Source of the DNA: an uncultured Dehalococcoidia bacterium
GTDB lineage: Bacteria > Chloroflexota > Dehalococcoidia > DSTF01 > JACRBR01
Direction of reading: 5' to 3'
NCBI GenBank assembly: GCA_964458665.1
Contig: CAYWOO010000056.1
Coordinates: forward strand, 10,821-74,820
DNA length: 64,000 nt
Part shown: piece after piece, positions 10,634 through 22,182 of the stretch
Numbering within the stretch: the first letter of the stretch is position 1
How the letters are laid out: each line of letters begins with the position of its first letter
Made by a program: the position numbers and the translations under genes
The notes under the pieces: model-generated
Database searches by the model: none
What the model was told of the DNA's origin: nothing
The model's input: the letters and a program-made list of their open reading frames with translations, nothing else

Positions 10634-10994
10634 CTACGAGAACTGCATGAGCTGTACGAGGTTGCCCTCTGGATCGCGGAGCGGCGCCATGAGCAGGCCG
10701 TTTCCAACATCGTTGACGTCTTCCACGATCTCGACGCCTGCGGCCTCCAATCGCGCCACTTCGCCGCGGCAATCGTCCGTATCGAGGGCGACATCTGGCG
10801 CGCCGGGTCGGCGTCCTTTCCGCGCACGTCACTGTGTGTGGCGAGGGCGAGCGAGATACCGTTCGGATCCCCCAGAAGAACGAACCCGGCGCCTCCATGC
10901 CCACGGCAAGCCCCAGCGTGTCGCGGTAGAACGGCAGCAGTGCCTTCGTCAGATCTTCGCTCCAGATAGATGCGCCGCGTAGTCCCTTCAGCAT
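10634..10994 (-). pseudogene. Glyoxalase/bleomycin-resistance (VOC) family gene disrupted by two frameshifts
   Basis: Strong AGGAGG RBS before ATG at 10994. N-terminus MLKGLRGASIWSEDLTKALLPFYRDTLGLAVGMEAPG in one frame, GDPNGISLALATHSDV in a second, and DVALDTDDCRGEVARLEAAGVEIVEDVNDVGNGLLMAPLRDPEGNLVQLMQFS* in the third. Confidence 0.6.
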
Positions 10995-11272
10995 CTGAAC
11001 CTCCTGATTCTGGCTCTTGCCCGGCCACGCGCCGGCCCGTGCTTGCGACAATTCCGCACGCTGGAAAACAAGAAACGAAGCTGATCTACTGCCCGATTCC
11101 GCATCGCTCCCGCCCCGAAAGCTTCGAAGCGCTCAGCACCGGCGGAGGCATCATCTGCCGTCAGCAATGGCGTTCGCGGCTTCCAGGGCCGGCGCCGTGC
11201 GCGCGATCGCCGGCCAGCGTATGATCCGGCCATGACAACCCTCTCTACGGCGCGCCCAACAGGCATCCGCGC

Positions 11273-11875
11273 ATGACCTCCGACCCGGCGAACCGCTGGC
11301 TCCGCACGCGCAGCGTCTCCGGCGACGACTACGATGCCACCTACGACCGGCGCGCGGCTGAGGGTGAGGATGTCCACGGCGAGGTGACCTTCGTCCAGCG
11401 ATTCGCCCCGGCCTCCGCGCTGGATGCAGGTTGTGGCACCGGTCGCGTCGGACGCGAACTCTCGCGCCGCGGCGTCGACGTCGTTGGCGTGGATATCGAT
11501 GAGGGCATGCTCGATACCGCGCGCCGAAAGACGCCCGATGTCCCATGGCTGCTGGCCGATCTCGCGACGCTGAACATCGGTCGGACGTTCGACGCCATCG
11601 TCATGGCAGGCAACGTGATGATATTCCTGGCGCCTCGCAGCGAAGCGCTCGTCGTCGCGAACATGGCGCGGCATCTCGCGCCCGGCGGCGTGCTCATCGC
11701 CGGCTTCCAGCTACAGCCCGGCCGGCTGAGCGCGGCTCGATACGACGAGTTGGCACACGACGCCTGCCTGTCGCTCATCGAGCGATGGTCGACCTGGGAC
11801 TGCGCGGCGTGGGATGACGCCGGTGGCTACGCCGTCTCCGTGCATCGCAAGCCAGCCGCTGGAGTTCAGCCATGA
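11273..11875 (+). CDS. Class I SAM-dependent methyltransferase
   Basis: LDAGCGTGRVGREL motif I. 200 aa. Confidence 0.85.
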   Translation: MTSDPANRWLRTRSVSGDDYDATYDRRAAEGEDVHGEVTFVQRFAPASALDAGCGTGRVGRELSRRGVDVVGVDIDEGMLDTARRKTPDVPWLLADLATLNIGRTFDAIVMAGNVMIFLAPRSEALVVANMARHLAPGGVLIAGFQLQPGRLSAARYDELAHDACLSLIERWSTWDCAAWDDAGGYAVSVHRKPAAGVQP

Positions 11876-12897
11876 GCGGCCAACGATCATCGGAGGCCAT
11901 CGACGCCCCGAAGGTCGACGCGTGGCTCACCGAGCACGTTTCCGGAGCCACGCCCCCATTTCGCTACGAGCTGATCACCGGCGGCCGCTCGAATCTGACG
12001 TTCAGCGTGACCGACGCCGCGGCGCACCATTTCGTGCTGCGCCGGCCACCACTGGGTACGCTGCTCGCCACCGCACACGATGTCGTGCGCGAGTACCGCA
12101 TCGCGGCAGCGCTGGCTGGTACGCCGGTCCCCGTCGCCAAGGCGCTCGCTGTGTGCGACGATACTTCGATCAACGGCACGCCGTTCGCCGTAACAGGATT
12201 CGTCGACGGCGTCGTGCTGGATACGATGGAGAAAGCCGCTCCACTGGACCTGGAGGCGCGACGAGTCCTCGCGTTCCACATGATCGACGTGCTCGCCGAT
12301 CTGCACGCTGTCGATCTCGAAGCGGTCGGGCTGGCCGATCTGTCGCGCCAGGACAGCTACATCGAACGCCAGCTCAAGCGCTGGTCCAGGCAGTGGGCGG
12401 GCTCGCGCACACGCGAACTGTCGCTGATCGACGACGTCGAGAAGCGGCTGATCGAACATCTACCACCGCAGCGCGGCGCAACGATCGTCCACGGCGACTT
12501 TCGCTTCGGCAACTGCATCTCGGACATCGCGGCGCGGCGCATCGTCGCCGTGCTCGATTGGGAGCTATGCACGCTCGGCGACCCGATGGCCGACCTCGGC
12601 CATCTCGCCGTCTACTGGTCCGATCCGCAGTCGCCGCTGTCGCTCACGAACGACCCGACCGCCGCCGGCGGCTTCCCGACGTATCGGGAGCTACTTCAAC
12701 GGTACGCAGTTCGCAGCGGGCGCGACGTCACGCGGGTCGACTACTACCGCGGCTTCGCCGCCTGGCGCCTGGCGATCATCGCCGAAGGCGTCGCATCGCG
12801 GCACCTCGAGCGCCACCCCGAAGACACGGCCGCCCTCGCCGCGTCGCACTCCGCCGTCGAGCGCCTGGCGCAGTTCGCGGCTGATTCGCTGGCGTGA
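11872..12897 (+). CDS. Phosphotransferase-family kinase (APH/CHK-like)
   Basis: HGDFRFGNC (Brenner HGDxxxxN) and [16 protein letters not shown] motifs. ATGA overlap with the upstream methyltransferase. Confidence 0.85.
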   Translation: MSGQRSSEAIDAPKVDAWLTEHVSGATPPFRYELITGGRSNLTFSVTDAAAHHFVLRRPPLGTLLATAHDVVREYRIAAALAGTPVPVAKALAVCDDTSINGTPFAVTGFVDGVVLDTMEKAAPLDLEARRVLAFHMIDVLADLHAVDLEAVGLADLSRQDSYIERQLKRWSRQWAGSRTRELSLIDDVEKRLIEHLPPQRGATIVHGDFRFGNCISDIAARRIVAVLDWELCTLGDPMADLGHLAVYWSDPQSPLSLTNDPTAAGGFPTYRELLQRYAVRSGRDVTRVDYYRGFAAWRLAIIAEGVASRHLERHPEDTAALAASHSAVERLAQFAADSLA

Positions 12898-12988
12898 TGG
12901 CGGTCGGCGCTCGGCACCGCGTACGCCACTCGGCGCCGGTGTTGGTAAACTTGTCCACCTGAACAATGCATTGTGCACGAGGGCGGCG

Positions 12989-14800
<1,812 letters not shown>

Positions 14801-14870
14801 CGGGTCGCGATCATGCTACGGCGCTCTGGTTGCTCCGCGTTGTCAATCGGATCCAGGCTTTGCAGTGGGT

Positions 14871-14947
<77 letters not shown>

Positions 14948-14990
14948 ATGCGTGCTGTTTCGGGGCAGTGTATCACGCGCGACTGCGCGC

Positions 14991-16072
14991 TCAGGGCGTC
15001 GATGCGGGCTTCGTGACCTGCACCGTGACGTCGATGCGCGTGTACGCTGCGTCGTCCGCAAACTTGCCGACAATGATGCCGCCGACCAGTGTCTTCTCGT
15101 CGTCGGCGAACTGGATCGCTTCGGCGTCTTCCAGCGCAGACGCGCTCGCGTCGCTGTCCTGCACCGTCACCTTCGCATCCTGGAAGGTGTCGCGATAGAA
15201 GTCCAGCACGCCGGTCGCATCGCCCTTCGTGATGAACGACACCGCGAACGACCGGATGCCGGCCTTCTTCTGGTAGGCCGATTCGATCAGCGTCGCATCC
15301 GTGTACGGCGGCACGGCGTCGGGGAAGCCATCGGGCAGCGTGCGCGCGGCAACCGCCGAGAACGCCGGCGCTTTCGCGTCCTTCGCGCCCGCTGTGACCT
15401 GCACGCTCTGGAGGATCGTCGTCGTCTTGCCGTCTTTCGATGCCGCTACCAGCACGACGCCGCTGATGTTCGAATCGTCGATCTTGCTGAACTGGTGCAG
15501 CGTCGACTCCCGGCCGTCCTGACCGCCATCGATCTGCCACGGGTCGTCGTCGAACTTGCCGGCGAACAGCGCGGCGACCTTGTCGCGGCTGTCCTTCGTG
15601 TCGTAGATCACGACATAGCTCACATCCTCGTCGTGCACCTGCGCGAGCGATGACAGCAACTTCGCGCCGGGGTACCGCGGCAGGTCGTCCGGGAATCCCG
15701 GCGCCAACGTGCCCTCGTAGCGCGTTGTCGTCGTGCCTGGCTGACCCTGGCTGAAGGCGTTCAGCAGCGTCGTCACGTCGGCGCCCAGCCGCGACGAACT
15801 GCCTCCTCCGCCGGATGGGACGAGCAGCCAGACCGCGACGGCAACCACCGCTGCCGTAATAACTGCCGCCGCCGCTGCCAGCGGGAGTGGCACGCCGCGG
15901 CGCCGCGCATCAGCCGTCGCGACCTTTGCGCCGCCCGCGGTGCTGTCGTCGATCAGCGTGTACGAATAGCCGCCGGGCGTCGTCGCTTCGTCCGCCGCGA
16001 GAGTCTTCGCGTTGTTCGCGGACTCCGGCGCGGGATCCGTCACGGCGTCGTCCTGGAGCGGGTCGTCGGGCA
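14991..16072 (-). CDS. Membrane-anchored extracytoplasmic protein with two tandem homologous domains
   Basis: GTG start just below tRNA-His. One TM segment (PLPLAAAAAVITAAVVAVAVWLLV) followed by two similar domains (PGFPDDLPRYPGAKLL... / PDGFPDAVPPYTDATLIE...). Confidence 0.55.
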
Positions 16073-16102
16073 CGTGGCTGCGCCTTTCGGTGTAATGAAG
16101 GA

Positions 16103-16179
16103 TGGGGTGGACGGAGGGATTTGAACCCTCGGTCTCCAGGGCCACAACCTGGCGCGTTAACCGCTACGCTACGCCCACC
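16103..16179 (-). tRNA. tRNA-His (anticodon GTG) with genomically encoded G-1 and CCA
   Basis: Reverse complement GGTGGGCGTAGCGTAGCGGTTAACGCGCCAGGTTGTGGCCCTGGAGACCGAGGGTTCAAATCCCTCCGTCCACCCCA. Cloverleaf pairs cleanly; the extra 5' G is diagnostic of His. Confidence 0.85.
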
Positions 16180-16296
16180 ATGTGCACTCGCGATCGGCGA
16201 TAAAAATGCCCTGCGTACAACACACGCAGAGCACCGCGCCGGCCGCCCTGAACATATGCAAGTCTACCACCGGGCGTTTGGCGCGGCAAGAAATCG

Positions 16297-16722
16297 CTAG
16301 CGCCCGGTCGAGCCGTGTCCGCCCTCGCCGCGCGCCGTGGTCGATAGCTCCGTGACCTCCATCACCACCACCGGCGCCAGCGCGGCGAACACCAACTGGG
16401 CGATGCGGTCGCCGCCGCGCAGTTCGTACGACCCGGTCTCGCCGAACGTCCACATCGTCACATACAGTTCGCCGCGAAAGTCCGCATCGACTGTCCCGAA
16501 CGCCACGCCCACGCCCTTCGACGACAATCCGGACCGTGGCCGCACCTGGGCGTCGTACCCGCGCGGAAACTCGATCGCCACGCCCGTCGGCACCATGACC
16601 GGCGCCCGGGTCAGCAGCAGCGGCGCATCGAGGCACGCGTACAGGTCGAAACCCGTTGCGCCTTCGGTGGCGCGGGCGGGAAGCCGGCTCTCCGGTCGTA
16701 GTTTGCGGATCAGCAGTTCCAT
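16297..16722 (-). CDS. dut: dUTP diphosphatase
   Basis: GATGFDL, RSGLSSKG, GTVDADFRGEL dUTPase motifs. Confidence 0.85.
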   Translation of the reverse strand: MELLIRKLRPESRLPARATEGATGFDLYACLDAPLLLTRAPVMVPTGVAIEFPRGYDAQVRPRSGLSSKGVGVAFGTVDADFRGELYVTMWTFGETGSYELRGGDRIAQLVFAALAPVVVMEVTELSTTARGEGGHGSTGR

Positions 16723-16843
16723 GAGGTCACCACAGCGTAACAGCGCATCATCTCGGCGCCAGCCCGTTCGGCGTTGCTCAGCGCTCCATCTTGGCGCAGA
16801 ATCCCTTCGTCAGCCCGCATTGGGCGTGAGAGGGAGTACCCAG

Positions 16844-18145
16844 GTGAAATGGTTCATCGTTGCCGCATGCGGCGTTCTCGGCGCCGCGGGCTTGATCGCG
16901 GCGGCCCGATCGGCCGGCCCCACGCAGGCCGGCAACTTCGATATCACGCCCATGACCGCCACGCGGACGGCGACGCCGCTCCCCACCAGCACACCAACGG
17001 CGCCGACGCCGGTGCCGACACCTGTAGCACAGCCCAGCCTCGCGGCGCTGGGGCCGGGCATCATGGTGGCTGAATGCCGCGGTCTGGCGCGCGACGCGGT
17101 CCGCGTCATCTTCCTCTGGACTCCGTCAGGAGCGGGCGCGCAGTATGTCGATCTGAGCCTGCAGAACAACGGCTTCGCGCCGGGTACGTTCGTCAGTGCC
17201 GGCGGCTTCGGCCCGGGCATGTATGGCCTCGTCTGGGACGGGCTGCGCCAGGGGCTGACGCACTTCGCCCGTGTGAACACGTACACCAGCGCCGGCTGGC
17301 GAGAGAGCGGCACGCTTTCGTTCTACACGCCGCTGTGCGACCTCGCCGCCAGTGCGCCGCCCGCGCAGGCGCCGGATCTGCTCGCGTTGCGCGCCAGCAT
17401 CGCGGCAGCGATCGACGCGGGATCGATCGACACCGCCGTCGCGATCACCGACCTCCGTACTGGCGAAACGATCGACGTCGCGGGCAGCGATCGGCGGCTT
17501 CCTGGCTGCACGATCAATCTCTTCGCGCTGATGCAGGTCGTCGCCGATCTGCAAGGCTACCGCTATCCCGAGCCGGAGCCGGGCGACCTCATCGGTCAGA
17601 CGATCAATCGCTCCGATCCGGTGACGGCGCGCCGGCTTGTGCGCGACTGGCTGGGCGCGGGCAATCTCTTCGCTGGCATCGAACGTGTGAACAACTTCAT
17701 GCATGCGCTCGGCATGGGCGACACGCTGATGGATCATCCGCCCGCGTTCCCCGAGGAATCGCTGGCCGGCGCCGGCAACCGCATCACGGCGCTCGATGTG
17801 AACCGCGGCTTGCAAGCGCTATGGGACGGCCGCACGCTCGCACCGTTTTGGCGCGACTATCTCCTCCAGAAGATGACGTTGGTCAAGCCCGGACTGAACT
17901 ACCTCATCCCCGCCGGCACCAGCGCCGGCGCGACGGTCTCGCACAAGAACGGCTTCCTCTTCGAGGAGGGCTGGGCGGACAACGATGTTGGCATCGTCTG
18001 GTACGAGCGCGGCGGCGAACGCTATGGCTATGCCATCTCGTTCTTCACCGAGAATGTGCCTGGCAAGTACGACGACATCCCGCTCGGCCAGCAGATATCG
18101 TCGCTGGCGTATCAATGGTTCGTCGGGCGCTACGGGTATCCGTAG
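16844..18145 (+). CDS. Secreted/anchored class-A beta-lactamase-like (serine-hydrolase fold) protein with non-canonical active site
   Basis: GTG start with GAGGGAG RBS. N-terminal TM/signal, Thr/Pro linker, then a domain aligning to class A beta-lactamase (RSDP~SDN, HKNG~KTG). The SxxK position reads GCTINL, so Ser and Lys appear replaced. Confidence 0.6.
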   Translation: MKWFIVAACGVLGAAGLIAAARSAGPTQAGNFDITPMTATRTATPLPTSTPTAPTPVPTPVAQPSLAALGPGIMVAECRGLARDAVRVIFLWTPSGAGAQYVDLSLQNNGFAPGTFVSAGGFGPGMYGLVWDGLRQGLTHFARVNTYTSAGWRESGTLSFYTPLCDLAASAPPAQAPDLLALRASIAAAIDAGSIDTAVAITDLRTGETIDVAGSDRRLPGCTINLFALMQVVADLQGYRYPEPEPGDLIGQTINRSDPVTARRLVRDWLGAGNLFAGIERVNNFMHALGMGDTLMDHPPAFPEESLAGAGNRITALDVNRGLQALWDGRTLAPFWRDYLLQKMTLVKPGLNYLIPAGTSAGATVSHKNGFLFEEGWADNDVGIVWYERGGERYGYAISFFTENVPGKYDDIPLGQQISSLAYQWFVGRYGYP

Positions 18146-18174
18146 CTCTGCGTTTGGTCTGGTGAACCCACAAC

Positions 18175-18200
18175 GGCGCGGGCTGAACGCCCGCGTTCAG
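18175..18200. repeat. Dispersed GC-rich hairpin repeat copy (GGCGCGGGCTGAACGCCCGCGTTCAG)
   Basis: Stem GCGGGC/GCCCGC with a 5-nt loop. Shares the core GCGGGCGTTCAGC with the copies at 20195 and 62322 (opposite orientation). Confidence 0.45.
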
Positions 18201-18351
18201 AGAAGTGGCCGGCGCCATCTCCGGCGACGCTCCCGTTCTTTGAATCAGTAGTTCCGGCGGCCCTTCTGTGCAATCCGCGCAATCTGTGGTTTCGACTCAC
18301 CCCATGCACGCACAGAATTGCACGCCTCAGTGCCGGTGTTACCATGTAGCT

Positions 18352-18789
18352 ATGCCGGAACGCGACGAGGTCCAGATCGCACGCTGGGACGCCATCCGCA
18401 GCCGCATCGGCGGCGGACTGCGCGGCATGCGCGGGGCCAGCCGGTCTCAGGCGCAGCTTGCGTGGGAGCTGGACGAACTCGGGTTCCACATCAGCCAGAG
18501 TATGGTCTCGCGCTACGAGCAGGGCCAGGGTGAAGTACCGCTGACGCTGGAGCGGATGGTCGGCTGGGCGCTCTGCTGCGACGCGCTAAGTTCCGGGCAC
18601 TTGCGCGAGATTCTGGAGCTCGGCGGCTACTCGCTGCCGTGGACGCGTGGCGATATGACGCAGTTCGACGACCTGCTCCGCAAGTACCGCGCGCTCTCCC
18701 GCCCCGACCAGGGCGTCGTCCGCCGCTGGCTCTTGTGGCACCTGCTGGGGCTCCGACCCTCCGGCGCGCAGCAGGAGCAGCGCGTATGA
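18352..18789 (+). CDS. XRE-family helix-turn-helix transcriptional regulator with C-terminal extension
   Basis: SQAQLAWELDELGFHISQSMVSRYEQGQ HTH_3 motif. Start taken at MPERDEV; uncertain. Confidence 0.75.
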   Translation: MPERDEVQIARWDAIRSRIGGGLRGMRGASRSQAQLAWELDELGFHISQSMVSRYEQGQGEVPLTLERMVGWALCCDALSSGHLREILELGGYSLPWTRGDMTQFDDLLRKYRALSRPDQGVVRRWLLWHLLGLRPSGAQQEQRV

Positions 18790-19412
18790 TCGACACGGGC
18801 GTACTCGATGAAACCCGCCGCCAGATCGGTGGCCGTCTGCGGTCCCTTCCAATGGATGGCGACGCGCACACGCGCACATTCCGCCTCCGCGCCATGCTGC
18901 AAGAGATGGATGTGCACTGCGACGACACCGCCGAGCTGCAGGATGTCGACGCGGTCCTGCTCACGTCCGCCCGTGGCACGGAAGCACTTTTCGCCGCCCG
19001 CCTCGACGACGACAGCCGCCTCCGCACGTACGCACGCGTCATCGCGCGCGTGCTTGTGGGCGAGATGCACGGCCCCATCGACGCCAAGATCGAGTATCCG
19101 GCGAAGCACGCGACCGGCTCGCGGCAGGAACGCGAGGAGGATGCCGTCGTCGCCTTCCTTGCAGGCACGCTCGTCGATGGCCGGCTGGACGCCGCTCCGC
19201 GGCCGCTCTTCGAGGTCGTGCCGAAGCTTACGCTCGCGTTCACGCCGCGCACCGCGGCGCGCTCGACGCTCGGCGGCTTCCACCTCTGGAGCGACTTCTG
19301 GTACAAGCGCTCGAACATGTACCGACGCTGGCGCTCGCGCCGCGATGTTAGCAAAGCCATCGGCCGCATCTGCGTCGCCCTCGACCACAACCGTCTCGTC
19401 GCCGGGCACTAG
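18786..19412 (+). CDS. Hypothetical protein (208 aa), translationally coupled to the XRE regulator
   Basis: ATGA overlap with upstream stop. AGGAG RBS. No family recognised. Confidence 0.6.
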   Translation: MIDTGVLDETRRQIGGRLRSLPMDGDAHTRTFRLRAMLQEMDVHCDDTAELQDVDAVLLTSARGTEALFAARLDDDSRLRTYARVIARVLVGEMHGPIDAKIEYPAKHATGSRQEREEDAVVAFLAGTLVDGRLDAAPRPLFEVVPKLTLAFTPRTAARSTLGGFHLWSDFWYKRSNMYRRWRSRRDVSKAIGRICVALDHNRLVAGH

Positions 19413-19420
19413 CCGCGCAT

Positions 19421-20176
19421 ATGCCTGTCATCAGCTGCGTCTGCGGCCACCGGCTCGACTACGCAAATGACGCCGCGTTGTTCGCCGCCTACCGCGCGCA
19501 CTCCGACGAAGCGCATGCCGATCTCGCGATCACCGACGCGGATGTCCACACATCCGTAGCCGCGGCTGCGCGCATGACGCGCTGGGACGGCGCCAGGAAG
19601 CCAGTTGGTGGCCCCATCGAGATCAAAGCGCTCAAGCCCGAACTCGCGGACGACTTCCTCGCCTTCTTCGACCGCGATGCCTTCATGGACAACCCCGACT
19701 GGTCGGGGTGCTACTGCCTCTTCTATCAGTTCACGGGCGAAGACTGGGAAGACGCGACTCCGGAACAGAACCGCGCCGCGAAGGAAGCACTGATCGTCCG
19801 CGGGGAGGCGCATGGCTGCCTCGCGTACCTCGATGGCGCTCCCGTTGGCTGGTGTCACGCCGCTCCGCGCGCGTCGCTGCCTGGCCTCGACCGCGTCCCG
19901 GAGTTCTCTTGCGATGGCGATCCGGCCGAGATCGGCGCCATCGTCTGCTTCAACGTCGCGGCGCCGTATCGTGGCCAGGGCCTTGCGCGCCGCCTGCTCG
20001 ATACAGCCTGTGATGACCTCCGCGCGCGGGGCTTCGCGATCGCCGAGGCGTATCCGGCGAAGCGCGCGCGGTCGGACGCGCGCGACTACCACGGCCGCCT
20101 CGAGATGTTCCTCAAGGCCGGGTTCGCCATACACCGTGAGGGCGAGCGCTTCGCGATCGTCCGCAAGGCGCTCTGA
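19421..20176 (+). CDS. GNAT-family N-acetyltransferase with Cys/His-containing N-terminal extension
   Basis: C-terminal acetyl-CoA binding motif VAAPYRGQGLARRLLD. N-terminus MPVISCVCGHRLDYANDAAL. Confidence 0.75.
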   Translation: MPVISCVCGHRLDYANDAALFAAYRAHSDEAHADLAITDADVHTSVAAAARMTRWDGARKPVGGPIEIKALKPELADDFLAFFDRDAFMDNPDWSGCYCLFYQFTGEDWEDATPEQNRAAKEALIVRGEAHGCLAYLDGAPVGWCHAAPRASLPGLDRVPEFSCDGDPAEIGAIVCFNVAAPYRGQGLARRLLDTACDDLRARGFAIAEAYPAKRARSDARDYHGRLEMFLKAGFAIHREGERFAIVRKAL

Positions 20177-20194
20177 GGGCCGACTCCTCTCTTG

Positions 20195-20268
20195 GAGCGC
20201 GGGCGTTCAGCACGCATCGCTGCCGCGTGGTGCGGATCCAGTCTTCGGAGCGCGGGCGCTCGAAACGG
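20195..20268. repeat. Two tandem copies of the same hairpin repeat (GGAGCGCGGGCGTTCAGCACGC ... GGAGCGCGGGCGCTCGAAACGG), 52 nt apart
   Basis: Both preceded by TCTT(C)GGAGCGCGGGCG. Located right after the GNAT stop. Confidence 0.45.
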
Positions 20269-20363
20269 GATGGTACTCCGCCACCCACTAGCCCTACGAC
20301 CGCTCGTCCCGCATCCTTCTTACCGAAGACCGACGACCGACCGCCTGGATCAGGAGCCCAACC

Positions 20364-21275
20364 ATGCCGCAGATGCCATCCCTCTCGCTCGTTGCCGTCG
20401 CAGGCCGCCGACGCGCCACGATCGAACTCGCGCAGGAGATCGAGCGACGCGGCTACCAGGGCATCTACTTGCCGAGCTTCGGCGATGCGATGGGTCTCGC
20501 CGTCGCGCTTGCCTTGGAGACGAAGACGATCCCGTTTGGCACGACAGTGCAGCCGATCTATCTGCGCCAGCCGTCCGACTTCGCGGGACAGGCCGCGTTC
20601 ATCCACGAGATGAGTGGCGGGCGATTCCACTTCGGCATCGGCGTCACACACGGTCCCGTGCACCAGCGGCTCGGCGTTGCCGTCGGTAAGCCGCTCGCTG
20701 ATATGCGCAGCTTCGTCGCGGCCGTCCGCAAGGCGGGCGAGCAGGGCGCTGGTGAGCTGCCGCCGATCGTGCTGGCGACGCTCCGCCGCAAAATGGTCGA
20801 GCTTTCAGCCGAGATCGCCGAAGGCTGCGTGTGGGCGAACGGGTCCCGTTCGCATATGCAGGCATCGCTGGCGCACCTTCCGGCGGAGAAGCGGAACGAC
20901 GCGTCGTTCTACATCGGCGATATGATCCCCACCTGCATCTCTGACGATCGCGAGGCAGCGGCGGCCGTCATGCGCCGCACGCTCACTGGCTATGTCATGC
21001 TGCCGAACTACCGCAACTACTGGATCGAGGCCGGCTACGAGGAGGAGATGCGCGCCATCGAGGCGACGCAGGCCTCGGGCGATGTCGCGAAGATCCCTGG
21101 CCTGATGTCCGATCGGTGGCTGAAGGACTGCACGCTCTACGGCAGCGCAGCAGAGGTGCGCGAGGGCGTCGAGGCGTGGTTCGCCGCCGGCGTGCGCACG
21201 CCGATTCTTGTGCCGTCGAGTGCGTCGGGCGGCCAGATGAAGGCGTTCGAAGAGATGTTCGCCGCGTTCGCGTAG
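20364..21275 (+). CDS. LLM-class oxidoreductase, probably F420-dependent
   Basis: Luciferase-like TIM-barrel pattern. AGGAG RBS. Confidence 0.8.
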   Translation: MPQMPSLSLVAVAGRRRATIELAQEIERRGYQGIYLPSFGDAMGLAVALALETKTIPFGTTVQPIYLRQPSDFAGQAAFIHEMSGGRFHFGIGVTHGPVHQRLGVAVGKPLADMRSFVAAVRKAGEQGAGELPPIVLATLRRKMVELSAEIAEGCVWANGSRSHMQASLAHLPAEKRNDASFYIGDMIPTCISDDREAAAAVMRRTLTGYVMLPNYRNYWIEAGYEEEMRAIEATQASGDVAKIPGLMSDRWLKDCTLYGSAAEVREGVEAWFAAGVRTPILVPSSASGGQMKAFEEMFAAFA

Positions 21276-21356
21276 CGTCGCGTTGGCTATCGGGTGCGGT
21301 TCGCAGGCGTTACGCTGAACGAGTCAGCCGGGCGCACCCACTGAAGGGATCGCACA

Positions 21357-22171
21357 TGCCGTACGCGGCCGCATCCGGCGCGCGCCTCTACTACGAAGTC
21401 CACGGCCAGGGCGAGCCGCTGCTCCTCCACCCCGGCTTGGGCTGCACGGTCGAGATCTACTGGGCGAACGCGCAGCCGCTCGCCCAGCACTTTCGCGTGA
21501 TCGTGTTCGATCCCCGCGGTGCAGGCCGATCGAGCATCGGCGACGTATCGGCGACGCCGAAGACCTACGCCGACGACGCCGCTGCCGTGCTCGACGCTGA
21601 AGGCATTGCCGCGGCGCATGTCTTCGGCACGTCGTTCGGCGGCATGATGGCGCAGCACATCGCGCTCGAGCATCCGCGGCGTGTGCGGCGCCTCGTGCTC
21701 GGTTGCACGACGGCAGGCGGACCGCAGCACGTGCTGCCGGCGCCTGAAAACATGCTCAAGTTCATCGCCGCCAGCGATATCACAGATCCGGTCGCCGCGG
21801 TGCGATCGACCTACGCGCTGAACTACAGTGACGGGTACATTGCCGCGCACGACGCGGAGATCGTGGCGCGCTCGCAGGCGAACGCCGAGTTGCGCTCGAC
21901 CCGGGAGGGCCGTGCGACGCAGATCGCGGCGGTACAGGCGCACGACACGCGCGCGCGGCTGCGCGAAATCGCCCGTCCGACGTTCGTCGCGCACGGCACG
22001 GACGACGGTACGGTTCCCGTCGAGAACGGCCGCGTGCTCGCTGCCGGCATCCCCGGCTCGCGACTAAAGCTCTATCCCGGCGGGCGCCACCTCTTCTTCA
22101 TGGAGTGCGCGGACGAGTTGAACGCGGACATCGTCGCATTCCTGCGCGAAGGCGACGCGCCGGCGAAATAG
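21357..22171 (+). CDS. Alpha/beta hydrolase
   Basis: HVFGTSFGGMMAQ nucleophile elbow (GxSxG), HGTDDGTVP. Start at MPYAAAS after the LLM stop. Confidence 0.8.
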
Positions 22172-22182
22172 CAGCGTCTCGG

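Noticed and set aside
11232-11276. 14-codon uORF overlapping the methyltransferase start
   Set aside because: Too short to support as a gene. Mentioned only as a possible leader peptide.
16337-18145. Long 602-aa version of the beta-lactamase-like ORF
   Set aside because: The N-terminal 170 codons run antisense through dut and have a non-protein-like composition. An internal GTG at 16844 with a GAGGGAG RBS gives a sensible signal/TM start. Analogous N-terminal over-extensions were trimmed for 21116..22171, 22451..23479, 23446..24936, 39951..41495, 42496..43653, 43955..45088, 6222..7163 and 18268..18789.
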